From Patescibacteria group bacterium (GTDB lineage Bacteria > Patescibacteriota > Patescibacteriia > 2-01-FULL-39-33), in assembly GCA_041649575.1 (NCBI GenBank), contig JBAZMW010000002.1, positions 150,001 through 182,000 on the forward strand: a stretch of DNA of 32,000 nucleotides. The letters are read 5' to 3'. Shown here piece by piece: positions 8,610 to 16,006 of the stretch (position 1 is its first letter; each line of letters begins with the position of its first letter). Below the pieces are notes generated by a model, which did not search any database, had not been told where the DNA came from, and worked only from the letters and a program-made list of their open reading frames with translations. The position numbers were made by a program, and so were the translations under genes.

Positions 8610-10427
8610 ATGACCGCCAAAGAACTCAAACAAAAATATTTAGAATTTTTTGAGCGCCACGGCCACCAGATTATTCCTGGCGCCTCACTGATTCCGGAGA
8701 ACGACCCGACGGTTTTATTTACCACGGCCGGCATGCATCCGCTCGTGCCTTATCTGCTTGGCGAAAAGCATCCCGCCGGCACACGCCTGGCCGATGTCCA
8801 AAAATGCATCAGGACCGGCGACATCGACAGCGTGGGCGACGACTGGCATCTGACTTTTTTTGAAATGCTGGGCAATTGGTCGCTGGGCGACCCCAAGGAT
8901 CCCAAAGGGATCGGGGCAGGTTATTTCAAAAAAGAAGCCATTGAGATGAGTTTTGAATTTTTAACCAAAGAGTTAAATATACCTTTGGAAAAATTGGCGG
9001 TTTCTTGCTTCGCCGGCGATGATGATGCGCCAAAAGACGAAGAATCGGCGAGTGCTTGGCGTTCGCTGGGGATCAGTGACAAACGGATTGCTTTTTTGAG
9101 TAAGGAAGATAATTGGTGGCCGGCCGGTGGCAAAATGCCCGGTCCTCAAGGCCCGGACACGGAGATGTTTTATTGGAACTCGGATGAGTCGGCGCCGGAA
9201 GATTTCGACCCACAGGACAAGCGCTGGGTGGAAATCTGGAATGATGTTTTTATGCAATATAACAAGGCCGCCGACGGCAGCTACCAGCCGCTGGTGCAAC
9301 AAAATGTCGATACCGGCATGGGATTGGAGCGTACCGTTGCTATCTTAAACGGCAAAAAAAGCGTCTACGAAATCGAGCCGCTCTTAACCGTTTGTTCGCA
9401 AGTAACGGCTTTATTCGAGAGCACCCTGGAAGAACTGGAAGCCGAACAAACCAAAGCCGTCAGAATCATTGCCGATCATTTGCGCGCCGCCGTCTTTATT
9501 TTGGCCGAGAGCGTGGCGCCCTCCAACGTTGAACGTGGCTATGTCCTGCGCCGGCTGATTCGGCGCGCTATTCGCTATGGCAAGCAACTGGGCATCAAAG
9601 ACGCTTTCACTGCCAAAGTGGCCGAAGTGGTCATCGCGCAAATGGGCGGATTTTATAAGGAACTAAGAGAACAGCGAGATTTCATTATCGATGAATTAAA
9701 CAACGAAGAAGAAAAGTTTAGCGCTACTTTAGAAAACGGCTTAAAAAAGTTTGAAAAATTAAAAATTGACGAGCAAAAAAAGATCAGCGGCCAAGATGCT
9801 TTTATTCTTTTTTCCACTTATGGTTTCCCTTTGGAGATTACCAAAGACTTGGCCACCGAGCGCGGTTGGCAAGTTGACGAAGAAAATTTTAATCTAGAAT
9901 TTGCCAAGCATCAGGACATTTCCCGAAAAGGCGCCGAGCAAAAATTCAAGGGCGGTTTGGCCGATAATAGCGAAGTGACGGCCAAGATGCATACCGCCAC
10001 GCATTTGATGTTGGCGGCTTTGCGCCGGGTGTTGGGCGATCACGTTTACCAAAAAGGTGCCAACATCACCAGCGAGCGCATTCGCTTTGATTTTTCCCAT
10101 GGCGAAAAAATGACAGCAGAACAAATCAAGCAAGTGGAAGACTTGGTCAATGAACAAATTAATAAAAAGATTCCCGTGGTCTGCGAAGAAATGACGCTAG
10201 AAGAAGCCAAGGAGAGGGGAGCGATGGGAGTTTTTAAAAATAAATACGGCGAGCGGGTTAAGGTTTATACCGTCGGCGATCCCTCGGCAGGATCGGGACA
10301 GGTTTTTTCCAAAGAGATTTGCGGCGGTCCGCATGCCGCCAACACCGGTGATCTGGGCCACTTCAAAATCCAAAAAGAAGAATCCAGCTCCGCCGGAGTC
10401 AGAAGAATTAAGGCGGTTCTGGAGTGA
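8610..10427 (+). CDS. alaS: Alanyl-tRNA synthetase, short form lacking C-Ala domain
   Basis: 'FTTAGMHPLVPYLLG', 'NVERGYVLRRLIRRAIRYG', 'HTATHLMLAALRRVLG', 'EICGGPHAANTGDLG'. Ends at 605 aa. Confidence 0.95.
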   Translation: MTAKELKQKYLEFFERHGHQIIPGASLIPENDPTVLFTTAGMHPLVPYLLGEKHPAGTRLADVQKCIRTGDIDSVGDDWHLTFFEMLGNWSLGDPKDPKGIGAGYFKKEAIEMSFEFLTKELNIPLEKLAVSCFAGDDDAPKDEESASAWRSLGISDKRIAFLSKEDNWWPAGGKMPGPQGPDTEMFYWNSDESAPEDFDPQDKRWVEIWNDVFMQYNKAADGSYQPLVQQNVDTGMGLERTVAILNGKKSVYEIEPLLTVCSQVTALFESTLEELEAEQTKAVRIIADHLRAAVFILAESVAPSNVERGYVLRRLIRRAIRYGKQLGIKDAFTAKVAEVVIAQMGGFYKELREQRDFIIDELNNEEEKFSATLENGLKKFEKLKIDEQKKISGQDAFILFSTYGFPLEITKDLATERGWQVDEENFNLEFAKHQDISRKGAEQKFKGGLADNSEVTAKMHTATHLMLAALRRVLGDHVYQKGANITSERIRFDFSHGEKMTAEQIKQVEDLVNEQINKKIPVVCEEMTLEEAKERGAMGVFKNKYGERVKVYTVGDPSAGSGQVFSKEICGGPHAANTGDLGHFKIQKEESSSAGVRRIKAVLE

Positions 10428-10472
10428 GTTTTTGGTATAATATAGAGTTCTATAAAATAAAACATTTATTTG

Positions 10473-10494
10473 GAAAGGCAGTGTTGCCTTTTTG
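10473..10494 (+). terminator. Rho-independent terminator after alaS
   Basis: aaaggca gtgt tgcctttttg. Confidence 0.6.
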
Positions 10495-10505
10495 TTTTCA
10501 TTTCT

Positions 10506-10720
10506 GCGAGCGCATGAAAATTTAGCAACAAAACAGGCGGAGTTCGAGCGTAAATTTTAATTTGTTTGAGCAAAAGCCACCAGTAAACTGGTGGCTTTTG
10601 CGAGTTATTAAAATTAGCGAGAACAACCCTGTTTTGTCTAAATTTTCATTTAGCTCGCGCTTTTTTCTTTTGTGTCAGCTTTTCTTTTTACTAAAAAAAG
10701 AAAAGCTGACACAAAAAAAG
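10506..10720 (-). repeat. Nested-palindrome element, copy R1 (inverted relative to R2 and R3)
   Basis: Arms: atgaaaatttag 10514-10525 / ctaaattttcat 10638-10649; acaaaacagg 10528-10537 / cctgttttgt 10628-10637; 15-bp hairpin 10570-10601; 22-bp hairpin 10668-10716. Confidence 0.85.
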
Positions 10721-10738
10721 AGTATATTTAATAAACTA

Positions 10739-10767
10739 TTGACAGAATTCTAATTATATGCTATTAT
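10739..10767 (+). promoter_or_regulatory. Promoter TTGACA-17-TATTAT
   Basis: TTGACA 10739-10744, TATTAT 10762-10767, overlapping TATAAT 10765-10770. Confidence 0.6.
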
Positions 10768-10843
10768 AATAAGAAGTACCTTTTACCACTGTGAGCTGGC
10801 CGACTTAGTCGGAAAACTAAGAACGAAGAAGGAGAAACACATC

Positions 10844-11200
10844 ATGAGTCAAAAGACTGGCATACTATTGCTGCTGTTGCGGCCGAAAGACGGAGCGGCC
10901 GTCTTCTTGGACTGGACCCAGAACGCCCTCTTCATGCTGGAGAGCGCGAGTGCCACAGGCGTTTCGCCGTTGGCCGAGAGGGAAGATCTGGCCAAGTGTA
11001 TGAAGGGTTACGAGCTGTGTCCCGCGCTTGGCTACGGCCTATGCGCCAGGTGCCCTATGTCAGTCACCGGCGGTGCTCTCTGTAATTTCTGGGCTTCCCA
11101 GGGATTCGCCCGCGTGCTCGACGCGCGCACAGAAGAGGAGGCGACCTTTGCCGATCTCGATGCCATGCGCGCCGCGCTCACCGCTTCCATTACCGGCTGA
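10844..11200 (+). CDS. Small Cys-rich hypothetical protein (118 aa)
   Basis: SD GAAGGAG, and five Cys in 'CMKGYELCPALGYGLCARCPMSVTGGALC'. Confidence 0.7.
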   Translation: MSQKTGILLLLLRPKDGAAVFLDWTQNALFMLESASATGVSPLAEREDLAKCMKGYELCPALGYGLCARCPMSVTGGALCNFWASQGFARVLDARTEEEATFADLDAMRAALTASITG

Positions 11201-11215
11201 AAGGAGAACACGGAC

Positions 11216-11593
11216 ATGCCAACGGTACAAGTGGCCGCGATAAATCTGCCGGCTGGCGCCTTCCTTTTCTTCTATCCGGAACACGCCACCCCCCAGTACC
11301 TTCTGTACAAGAATATCTGGCTGGGACAGACGATGTTCAGGCAGAAGCTAAACGAAGACGAACTTCAGGCTCTCCTCGCCGCCGGTCGAAATGGGTGGGA
11401 GGAAGTGGGCGAGGTGACTCGACGAGAGTTGCAGGCCGCGGATCTCTCTGGACTGGTTCGCAATCTCAAGACCAGGTGCGTCTGGCCCGAGAATGCGACC
11501 GCGTCAATCGCTGTCAGTCCTGACTGCAGCGGACGATGCTCGGAGTGTCGCGGGTGCTATAGCGACATGGAGCCAGTCACAGTAGAGCGATAG
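11216..11593 (+). CDS. Small hypothetical protein with Cys-rich C-terminus (125 aa)
   Basis: SD AAAGGAG. 'CVWPENATASIAVSPDCSGRCSECRGC'. Cotranscribed with the preceding ORF. Confidence 0.7.
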   Translation: MPTVQVAAINLPAGAFLFFYPEHATPQYLLYKNIWLGQTMFRQKLNEDELQALLAAGRNGWEEVGEVTRRELQAADLSGLVRNLKTRCVWPENATASIAVSPDCSGRCSECRGCYSDMEPVTVER

Positions 11594-11615
11594 TCACACT
11601 GTGGTTCGTATCCGG

Positions 11616-11656
11616 GGGTTGTTGGTCGAGAAAGACCGGCAACCCTCTTTTTTTTT
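11616..11656 (+). terminator. Rho-independent terminator
   Basis: gggttgttggtc gagaaa gaccggcaaccc (12-bp stem, two wobbles), then ctttttttttt. Confidence 0.8.
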
Positions 11657-11684
11657 ATTTAAATTTTAGAATCCCATTATTTCC

Positions 11685-11752
11685 TTGACATTTTTCGGTT
11701 CTTGCTTTAAAATACTTAAAGTTGTTGACAAATTAATCAAAATTGCTATAAT
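11685..11752 (+). promoter_or_regulatory. Tandem promoters for the ribosomal operon
   Basis: TTGACA 11685-11690 (17) TAAAAT 11708-11713, and TTGACA 11725-11730 (16) TATAAT 11747-11752. Confidence 0.65.
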
Positions 11753-11864
11753 TAGCTTGAGCTTAAAAGTTTCAAAATTTAGCTTAATTAGTGTAAAATT
11801 CTAGGCCGACTAGAAGCTTATAAGTTGCCAAGAATTTTATTTTTATCTAAAATATTTAAGCTGC

Positions 11865-12104
11865 ATGAATCAAAAACAAGGCAATACCCCCGATTCCAAA
11901 GATTTTTTGGAAGTCGATGGAGAAGTACTGGAGCTTTTGCCGGCCGCCAGTTTCCGGGTGAAGCTGGAAAGCGGCCCGGAAATTTTGGCCCACTTGTCAG
12001 GCAAAATGAGGATGTTTAACATCCGCATCCTGCCCGGCGATCGCGTCAAGATCCAGATGACTCCTTACGATTTGACTCGGGGCAGGATAATCTACCGTTA
12101 TTAA
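11865..12104 (+). CDS. infA: Translation initiation factor IF-1
   Basis: '[67 protein letters not shown]'. Confidence 0.93.
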   Translation: MNQKQGNTPDSKDFLEVDGEVLELLPAASFRVKLESGPEILAHLSGKMRMFNIRILPGDRVKIQMTPYDLTRGRIIYRY

Positions 12105-12109
12105 AAATT

Positions 12110-12223
12110 ATGAAAGTCAGATCATCGGTAAAAAAAATCTGCAAAGATTGCAAGCTTGTCCGTCGCAAAAAACGGCTGGTTGTCATTTGCAAAAACCCTA
12201 AACATAAACAAAGACAGGGCTAG
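12110..12223 (+). CDS. rpmJ: 50S ribosomal protein L36
   Basis: Manual translation gives [37 protein letters not shown]. Absent from the ORF track, probably because of its length. Confidence 0.93.
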   Translation: MKVRSSVKKICKDCKLVRRKKRLVVICKNPKHKQRQG

Positions 12224-12322
12224 TGGCAGATGGCTTGTGGCATATAGCAAATAGTTAAAACTAAAAAACTATAAGCTATATACTATACGCTATAAGCCAT
12301 TTGCTATACGCTAATAAATATT

Positions 12323-12715
12323 ATGGCTTTAAGAATTGCCGGTACAACTCTGCCAAACGACAAGCGCATCGAAGTGGGCTTGACTTATATTTTCGGCATC
12401 GGCCGCAATTTGGCCGTCAAGATTTTGGCCGAAGCCAAAGTCAGTCCCGATATTCGCGTCAAGAACTTGAGCGAAGAGCAAGCCAATAAGCTAAGAGTTA
12501 TTGTCGAAAAGAATTATCGGGTTGAAGGTGAATTAAAAAGAGAAATTTTGGGTAATATCAAAAGATTAAAGGAAATCAAGGCTTATCGCGGCACCCGTCA
12601 TGCCAGAGGCTTGCCGGCTCGCGGCCAACGCACCAAGACCAACAATCGCACCGTGCGGGGCAATGTCAGAAAAACCATGGGTTCGGGCAAGAAACCGTCC
12701 GCTCAGAAGACTTAA
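12323..12715 (+). CDS. rpsM: 30S ribosomal protein S13
   Basis: '[28 protein letters not shown]...[22 protein letters not shown]'. Confidence 0.97.
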   Translation: MALRIAGTTLPNDKRIEVGLTYIFGIGRNLAVKILAEAKVSPDIRVKNLSEEQANKLRVIVEKNYRVEGELKREILGNIKRLKEIKAYRGTRHARGLPARGQRTKTNNRTVRGNVRKTMGSGKKPSAQKT

Positions 12716-12727
12716 TTTATTATCAAC

Positions 12728-13198
12728 ATGACCGAAGAAACAAATCCAATCGAAGAAGCTGCTAAGAGCGCTCCTGTGGCCGAAAAAGAAAGCGCGGCTG
12801 CTGGCAAAAAAGTTATCAAGCCCAGAGCCAAAAAAACCGTCGCTTATCGCCAGGTGAGCTCCGGCCGTGTTTATGTTAAGGCCAGCTACAACAATACCAT
12901 GGTGACTTTTACCGATCAGAACGGCAATGTCTTGTCCTGGTCTTCGGCGGGCCAATGCGGCTTTAAGGGTCCCAAAAAAGCTACGCCCTATGCCGCCACC
13001 ATTATCGTCAAAAATTGTTTTGAAAAGGTCAAAAATTACGGTTTGAAAGAAGTGGCAGTCTTTGTTAAAGGCATTGGCGGCGGCCGGGAAGCGGCCATTC
13101 GCGCCTTAAATGCCAACGGTTTGATTGTCACCGGCATTAAGGATGTCACTCCCATTCCTCACAACGGTTGCCGTCCCAAGAAACCGCGGCGCGTCTAA
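12728..13198 (+). CDS. rpsK: 30S ribosomal protein S11 with Ala/Lys-rich N-terminal extension
   Basis: 'GRVYVKASYNNTMVTFTDQNGNVLSWSSAGQCGFKGPKKATPYAA...NGCRPKKPRRV'. Confidence 0.97.
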   Translation: MTEETNPIEEAAKSAPVAEKESAAAGKKVIKPRAKKTVAYRQVSSGRVYVKASYNNTMVTFTDQNGNVLSWSSAGQCGFKGPKKATPYAATIIVKNCFEKVKNYGLKEVAVFVKGIGGGREAAIRALNANGLIVTGIKDVTPIPHNGCRPKKPRRV

Positions 13199-13213
13199 TC
13201 CTATAAATTATTT

Positions 13214-13816
13214 ATGAAAAAGAGTACTCACAAAGCCTGCCGTCGTTATGGCGTTAAACTGTGCCAATCGGATAAGTGCCCGGTCATCAGACGCAATTAT
13301 CCGCCGGGCATGCATGGTCCTAAAGGCGCCAGAAAACTCACCGAATACGGCCGGCAACTGGCCGAGAAGCAAAAAGCCAAGATTGTTTATGGTTTAAGAG
13401 AGAAACAGTTTGCCAATTATTTTGACGCCGCTTTTAAGAAAGTCGGCAACACCGCCGAACTGTTGTTTAAGCTTTTGGAAAGCCGTCTGGACAACGTGGT
13501 CTATCGGTTCGGCTTTGCCAAAACCAGGACTCAAGCCAGGCAACTGGTCAGCCACGGCCACGTTGAGGTTAACGGCAAGAAAGTCGACATCCCTTCTTTT
13601 CAAACCAAAATCGGCGATGCCATTTCCCTTAGAGAAAAAACTTTGAAAACCAACGCTTTTGCCAATTTAGCCGAAGCGCTCAAAGACAAAGAAGTCATGT
13701 CCTGGCTTAGTTTAGACGCCAAGGAACTAAAGGGTAAAATAGTCGATCTGCCTAAATTAGGCGAAGTGGAAATGAATATCGACTGGCGCATGATTGTCGA
13801 ATTTTATTCCAAATAA
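13214..13816 (+). CDS. rpsD: 30S ribosomal protein S4
   Basis: 'ACRRYGVKLCQSDKCPVIRRNYPPGMHG...RLDNVVYRFGFAKTRTQARQLVSHGHVEVNGKKVDIPS'. Confidence 0.97.
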   Translation: MKKSTHKACRRYGVKLCQSDKCPVIRRNYPPGMHGPKGARKLTEYGRQLAEKQKAKIVYGLREKQFANYFDAAFKKVGNTAELLFKLLESRLDNVVYRFGFAKTRTQARQLVSHGHVEVNGKKVDIPSFQTKIGDAISLREKTLKTNAFANLAEALKDKEVMSWLSLDAKELKGKIVDLPKLGEVEMNIDWRMIVEFYSK

Positions 13817-13874
13817 AAAGTTATTTTAAAAATATTAAAATATAAATTAATTAGCTTAAGGAGGAATAAAAATT

Positions 13875-14747
13875 ATGAAATATATTTCCTTGCCAAAGAA
13901 ATTCATTGTTGAGGAAGAGGCCAGAGGCACCAAGGCGAAGATCATCATCGAGCCCTGTTATCCCGGCTACGGCTTGACTTTGGGCAATGCCTTAAGACGG
14001 GTGATGCTGTCTTCTCTGCCGGGCGGCGCTGTCACCGCTGTTAAAATCAAGGGAGTGGGTCATGAGTTTAGCGCCATAAAAAATGTTTCCGAAGACGTTG
14101 TCGATATTATTTTGAACTTAAAGCAGTTGCGCATCAAGGTTTATGCCGATGAACCGGTGACTTTGCAGCTCAAAGCCAGGGGCGAAAAAAAGGTTACTGG
14201 CGCCGATATCGAGCCTTCTTCCGACGCCGAGGTTATTAACAAAGATTGTTTTATTGCCAGCCTCAATGATAAAGACGGCGAGCTGGAGATGGAGCTGACT
14301 GTTGCCAAGGGAGTCGGCTATGTGCCTACCGAAGAACAAGTAAAAAGCAAGGGCAAAGGCGAGATTGGTTTGATTTTGGTCGATTCTATTTTTACGCCGG
14401 TTCTTAATGTTCGTCTGAACATCGAAGCCACTCGTGTTGGTCAGCGCGTCGATTATGACAAGATTGTTTTGGAAATAGAAACAGACGGGACCATTTCCCC
14501 AGAAGAAGCGTTGCAGAAAGCCGCCGAAATCCTGGCCAATCAGTTCAGCTGGCTGATGGAAGGCGGCAGGCAGGAATTGGTCGAAGTTGATCTGGAAGCG
14601 CCGGTGGCTTTGCCGGAAAACAAAGAAGCGGAGTTATTAAAGGAAGTCGCTTCGTCAGACGGTTTGGACGAAAGCCAAGTAGCGGCCGAGACAGAAGTTG
14701 TCGAAGACAAACCCAAAAAACGAGGTCGTCCCAAGAAAGTTGAATAA
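13875..14747 (+). CDS. rpoA: DNA-directed RNA polymerase subunit alpha
   Basis: 'EPCYPGYGLTLGNALRRVMLSSLPGGAVTAVKIKGVGHEF', 'VLNVRLNIEATRVGQRVDYDKIVLEIETDGTISPEEAL'. Confidence 0.96.
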   Translation: MKYISLPKKFIVEEEARGTKAKIIIEPCYPGYGLTLGNALRRVMLSSLPGGAVTAVKIKGVGHEFSAIKNVSEDVVDIILNLKQLRIKVYADEPVTLQLKARGEKKVTGADIEPSSDAEVINKDCFIASLNDKDGELEMELTVAKGVGYVPTEEQVKSKGKGEIGLILVDSIFTPVLNVRLNIEATRVGQRVDYDKIVLEIETDGTISPEEALQKAAEILANQFSWLMEGGRQELVEVDLEAPVALPENKEAELLKEVASSDGLDESQVAAETEVVEDKPKKRGRPKKVE

Positions 14748-14756
14748 AGCGTTTTT

Positions 14757-15107
14757 ATGAAACATCAGAAAAGAGGAAAAACTTTAGGCAGAACCAGATC
14801 GGTGCGTGAAGCGTTGATGAGAAATCTAACGACCAGTTTTATAATTTATGAAAAAATAAAAACCACCAAAGCCAAAGCCAAACTATTGAGGCCTAAAGTG
14901 GAAAAGCTGATTACTTTGTCCAAGCATGACACCCTGACCAATCGGCGACAGGCCTTAAGGGTTTTATATTTTGATAAAGCGGTCAAAAAATTGTTTGAGG
15001 TTTTGGGTCCTCGGTATCAAGAAAGAAATAGCGGCTATACCAGGATTGTCAAGTTGCCGCCGCGCAAAGGCGATGCCGCTGAAATGGCAATTTTGGAATT
15101 AGTTTAA
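14757..15107 (+). CDS. rplQ: 50S ribosomal protein L17
   Basis: 'MKHQKRGKTLGRTRSVREALMRNLTTSFIIYEKIKTTKAKAKLLRPKVEKLITL...RYQERNSGYTRIVKLPPRKGDAAEMAILELV'. Confidence 0.96.
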   Translation: MKHQKRGKTLGRTRSVREALMRNLTTSFIIYEKIKTTKAKAKLLRPKVEKLITLSKHDTLTNRRQALRVLYFDKAVKKLFEVLGPRYQERNSGYTRIVKLPPRKGDAAEMAILELV

Positions 15108-15114
15108 TTCAAGT

Positions 15115-15471
15115 ATGAAAAAAATAGAAAGAAAAATTCATTCACTAGATGCCAGCGGCCGGCCGCTGGGCCGATTGGCCAGTCAGGTGGCGATGATTTT
15201 GATGGGCAAAAATCGGCCCGATTATCAGCCCCAATTGGATAACGGCGATATAGTAGAAGTTGTTAATTGCGATAAAATCAAGCTGACCGGTAAAAAGCTG
15301 GAGCAGAAGGAATATATCTGGCATTCTCATCATCCGGGCGGCTTAAAACGCAAGAAAGTCAAATTGGTTTTGGCGGCAGATCCGGGAGAAGTCTTGCGCC
15401 GGGCGGTAGTCGGCATGTTGCCCAAAAACCGGTTGCAACGGCCGCGGCTTAAACGCCTGAAAATAAAATAA
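15115..15471 (+). CDS. rplM: 50S ribosomal protein L13
   Basis: 'HSLDASGRPLGRLASQVAMILMGKNRPDYQPQLDNGDIVEVVNCDKIKLTGKKLEQKEYIWHSHHPGGLK...VVGMLPKNRLQRPRLKRLKI'. Confidence 0.95.
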   Translation: MKKIERKIHSLDASGRPLGRLASQVAMILMGKNRPDYQPQLDNGDIVEVVNCDKIKLTGKKLEQKEYIWHSHHPGGLKRKKVKLVLAADPGEVLRRAVVGMLPKNRLQRPRLKRLKIK

Positions 15472-15478
15472 TTTTATT

Positions 15479-15919
15479 ATGGAGAAAGAAAAAAAAGAGA
15501 AAATAGAAAAAGAAAAGAAGGTGGTTAAGAATAAGTATCTTTATGCCAAAGGCGCCAGAAAAACCTCGGTAGCCCAGGTGCGTTTGTATAGAAAGGGTAG
15601 CGGCAATTTTGAAGTTAATGGCAAAAAGTTTAATGAATATTTTAGAACCGAAAATCTGCAGAGAATTTTTTTGGCCGCTTTGACTGCCGTCAACCATCTG
15701 CAAGATATTGACCTTACTATCAAAACCCAGGGCGGCGGAATCACCTCGCAGTCGCAGGCTTGCCGACATGGCATTGCTCGCGCCTTGGTTGAACTGGATA
15801 AGGAATTGCGGCCGCTCTTAAGAGCCGAAGGCTTTTTGACCCGCGATCCGCGCGTCAAAGAAAGAAAGAAACCGGGCCTGAAGCGCGCCAGAAAAGCGCC
15901 GCAATGGAGCAAACGTTAA
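15479..15919 (+). CDS. rpsI: 30S ribosomal protein S9 with Lys/Glu-rich N-terminal extension
   Basis: 'YAKGARKTSVAQVRLYRKGSGNFEVNGKKFNEYF...GLKRARKAPQWSKR'. Confidence 0.96.
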   Translation: MEKEKKEKIEKEKKVVKNKYLYAKGARKTSVAQVRLYRKGSGNFEVNGKKFNEYFRTENLQRIFLAALTAVNHLQDIDLTIKTQGGGITSQSQACRHGIARALVELDKELRPLLRAEGFLTRDPRVKERKKPGLKRARKAPQWSKR

Positions 15920-15932
15920 GGGAAAATTTATC

Positions 15933-15966
15933 AGCTGGGGCCAAAATTGGCCCCAGCTTTTTTTAT
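15933..15966 (+). terminator. Rho-independent terminator of ribosomal operon
   Basis: agctggggcc aaaatt ggccccagct followed by a T-run. Perfect 10-bp stem. Confidence 0.92.
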
Positions 15967-16006
15967 TATTGTTAATCTGTTAGAATTACTTTAGTTTTAA
16001 GCAGCT

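Noticed and set aside
10562-10753. 63-aa plus-strand ORF MFEQKPPVNWWLLRVIK...
   Set aside because: It consists almost entirely of repeat R1 palindrome and hairpin sequence, with no SD.
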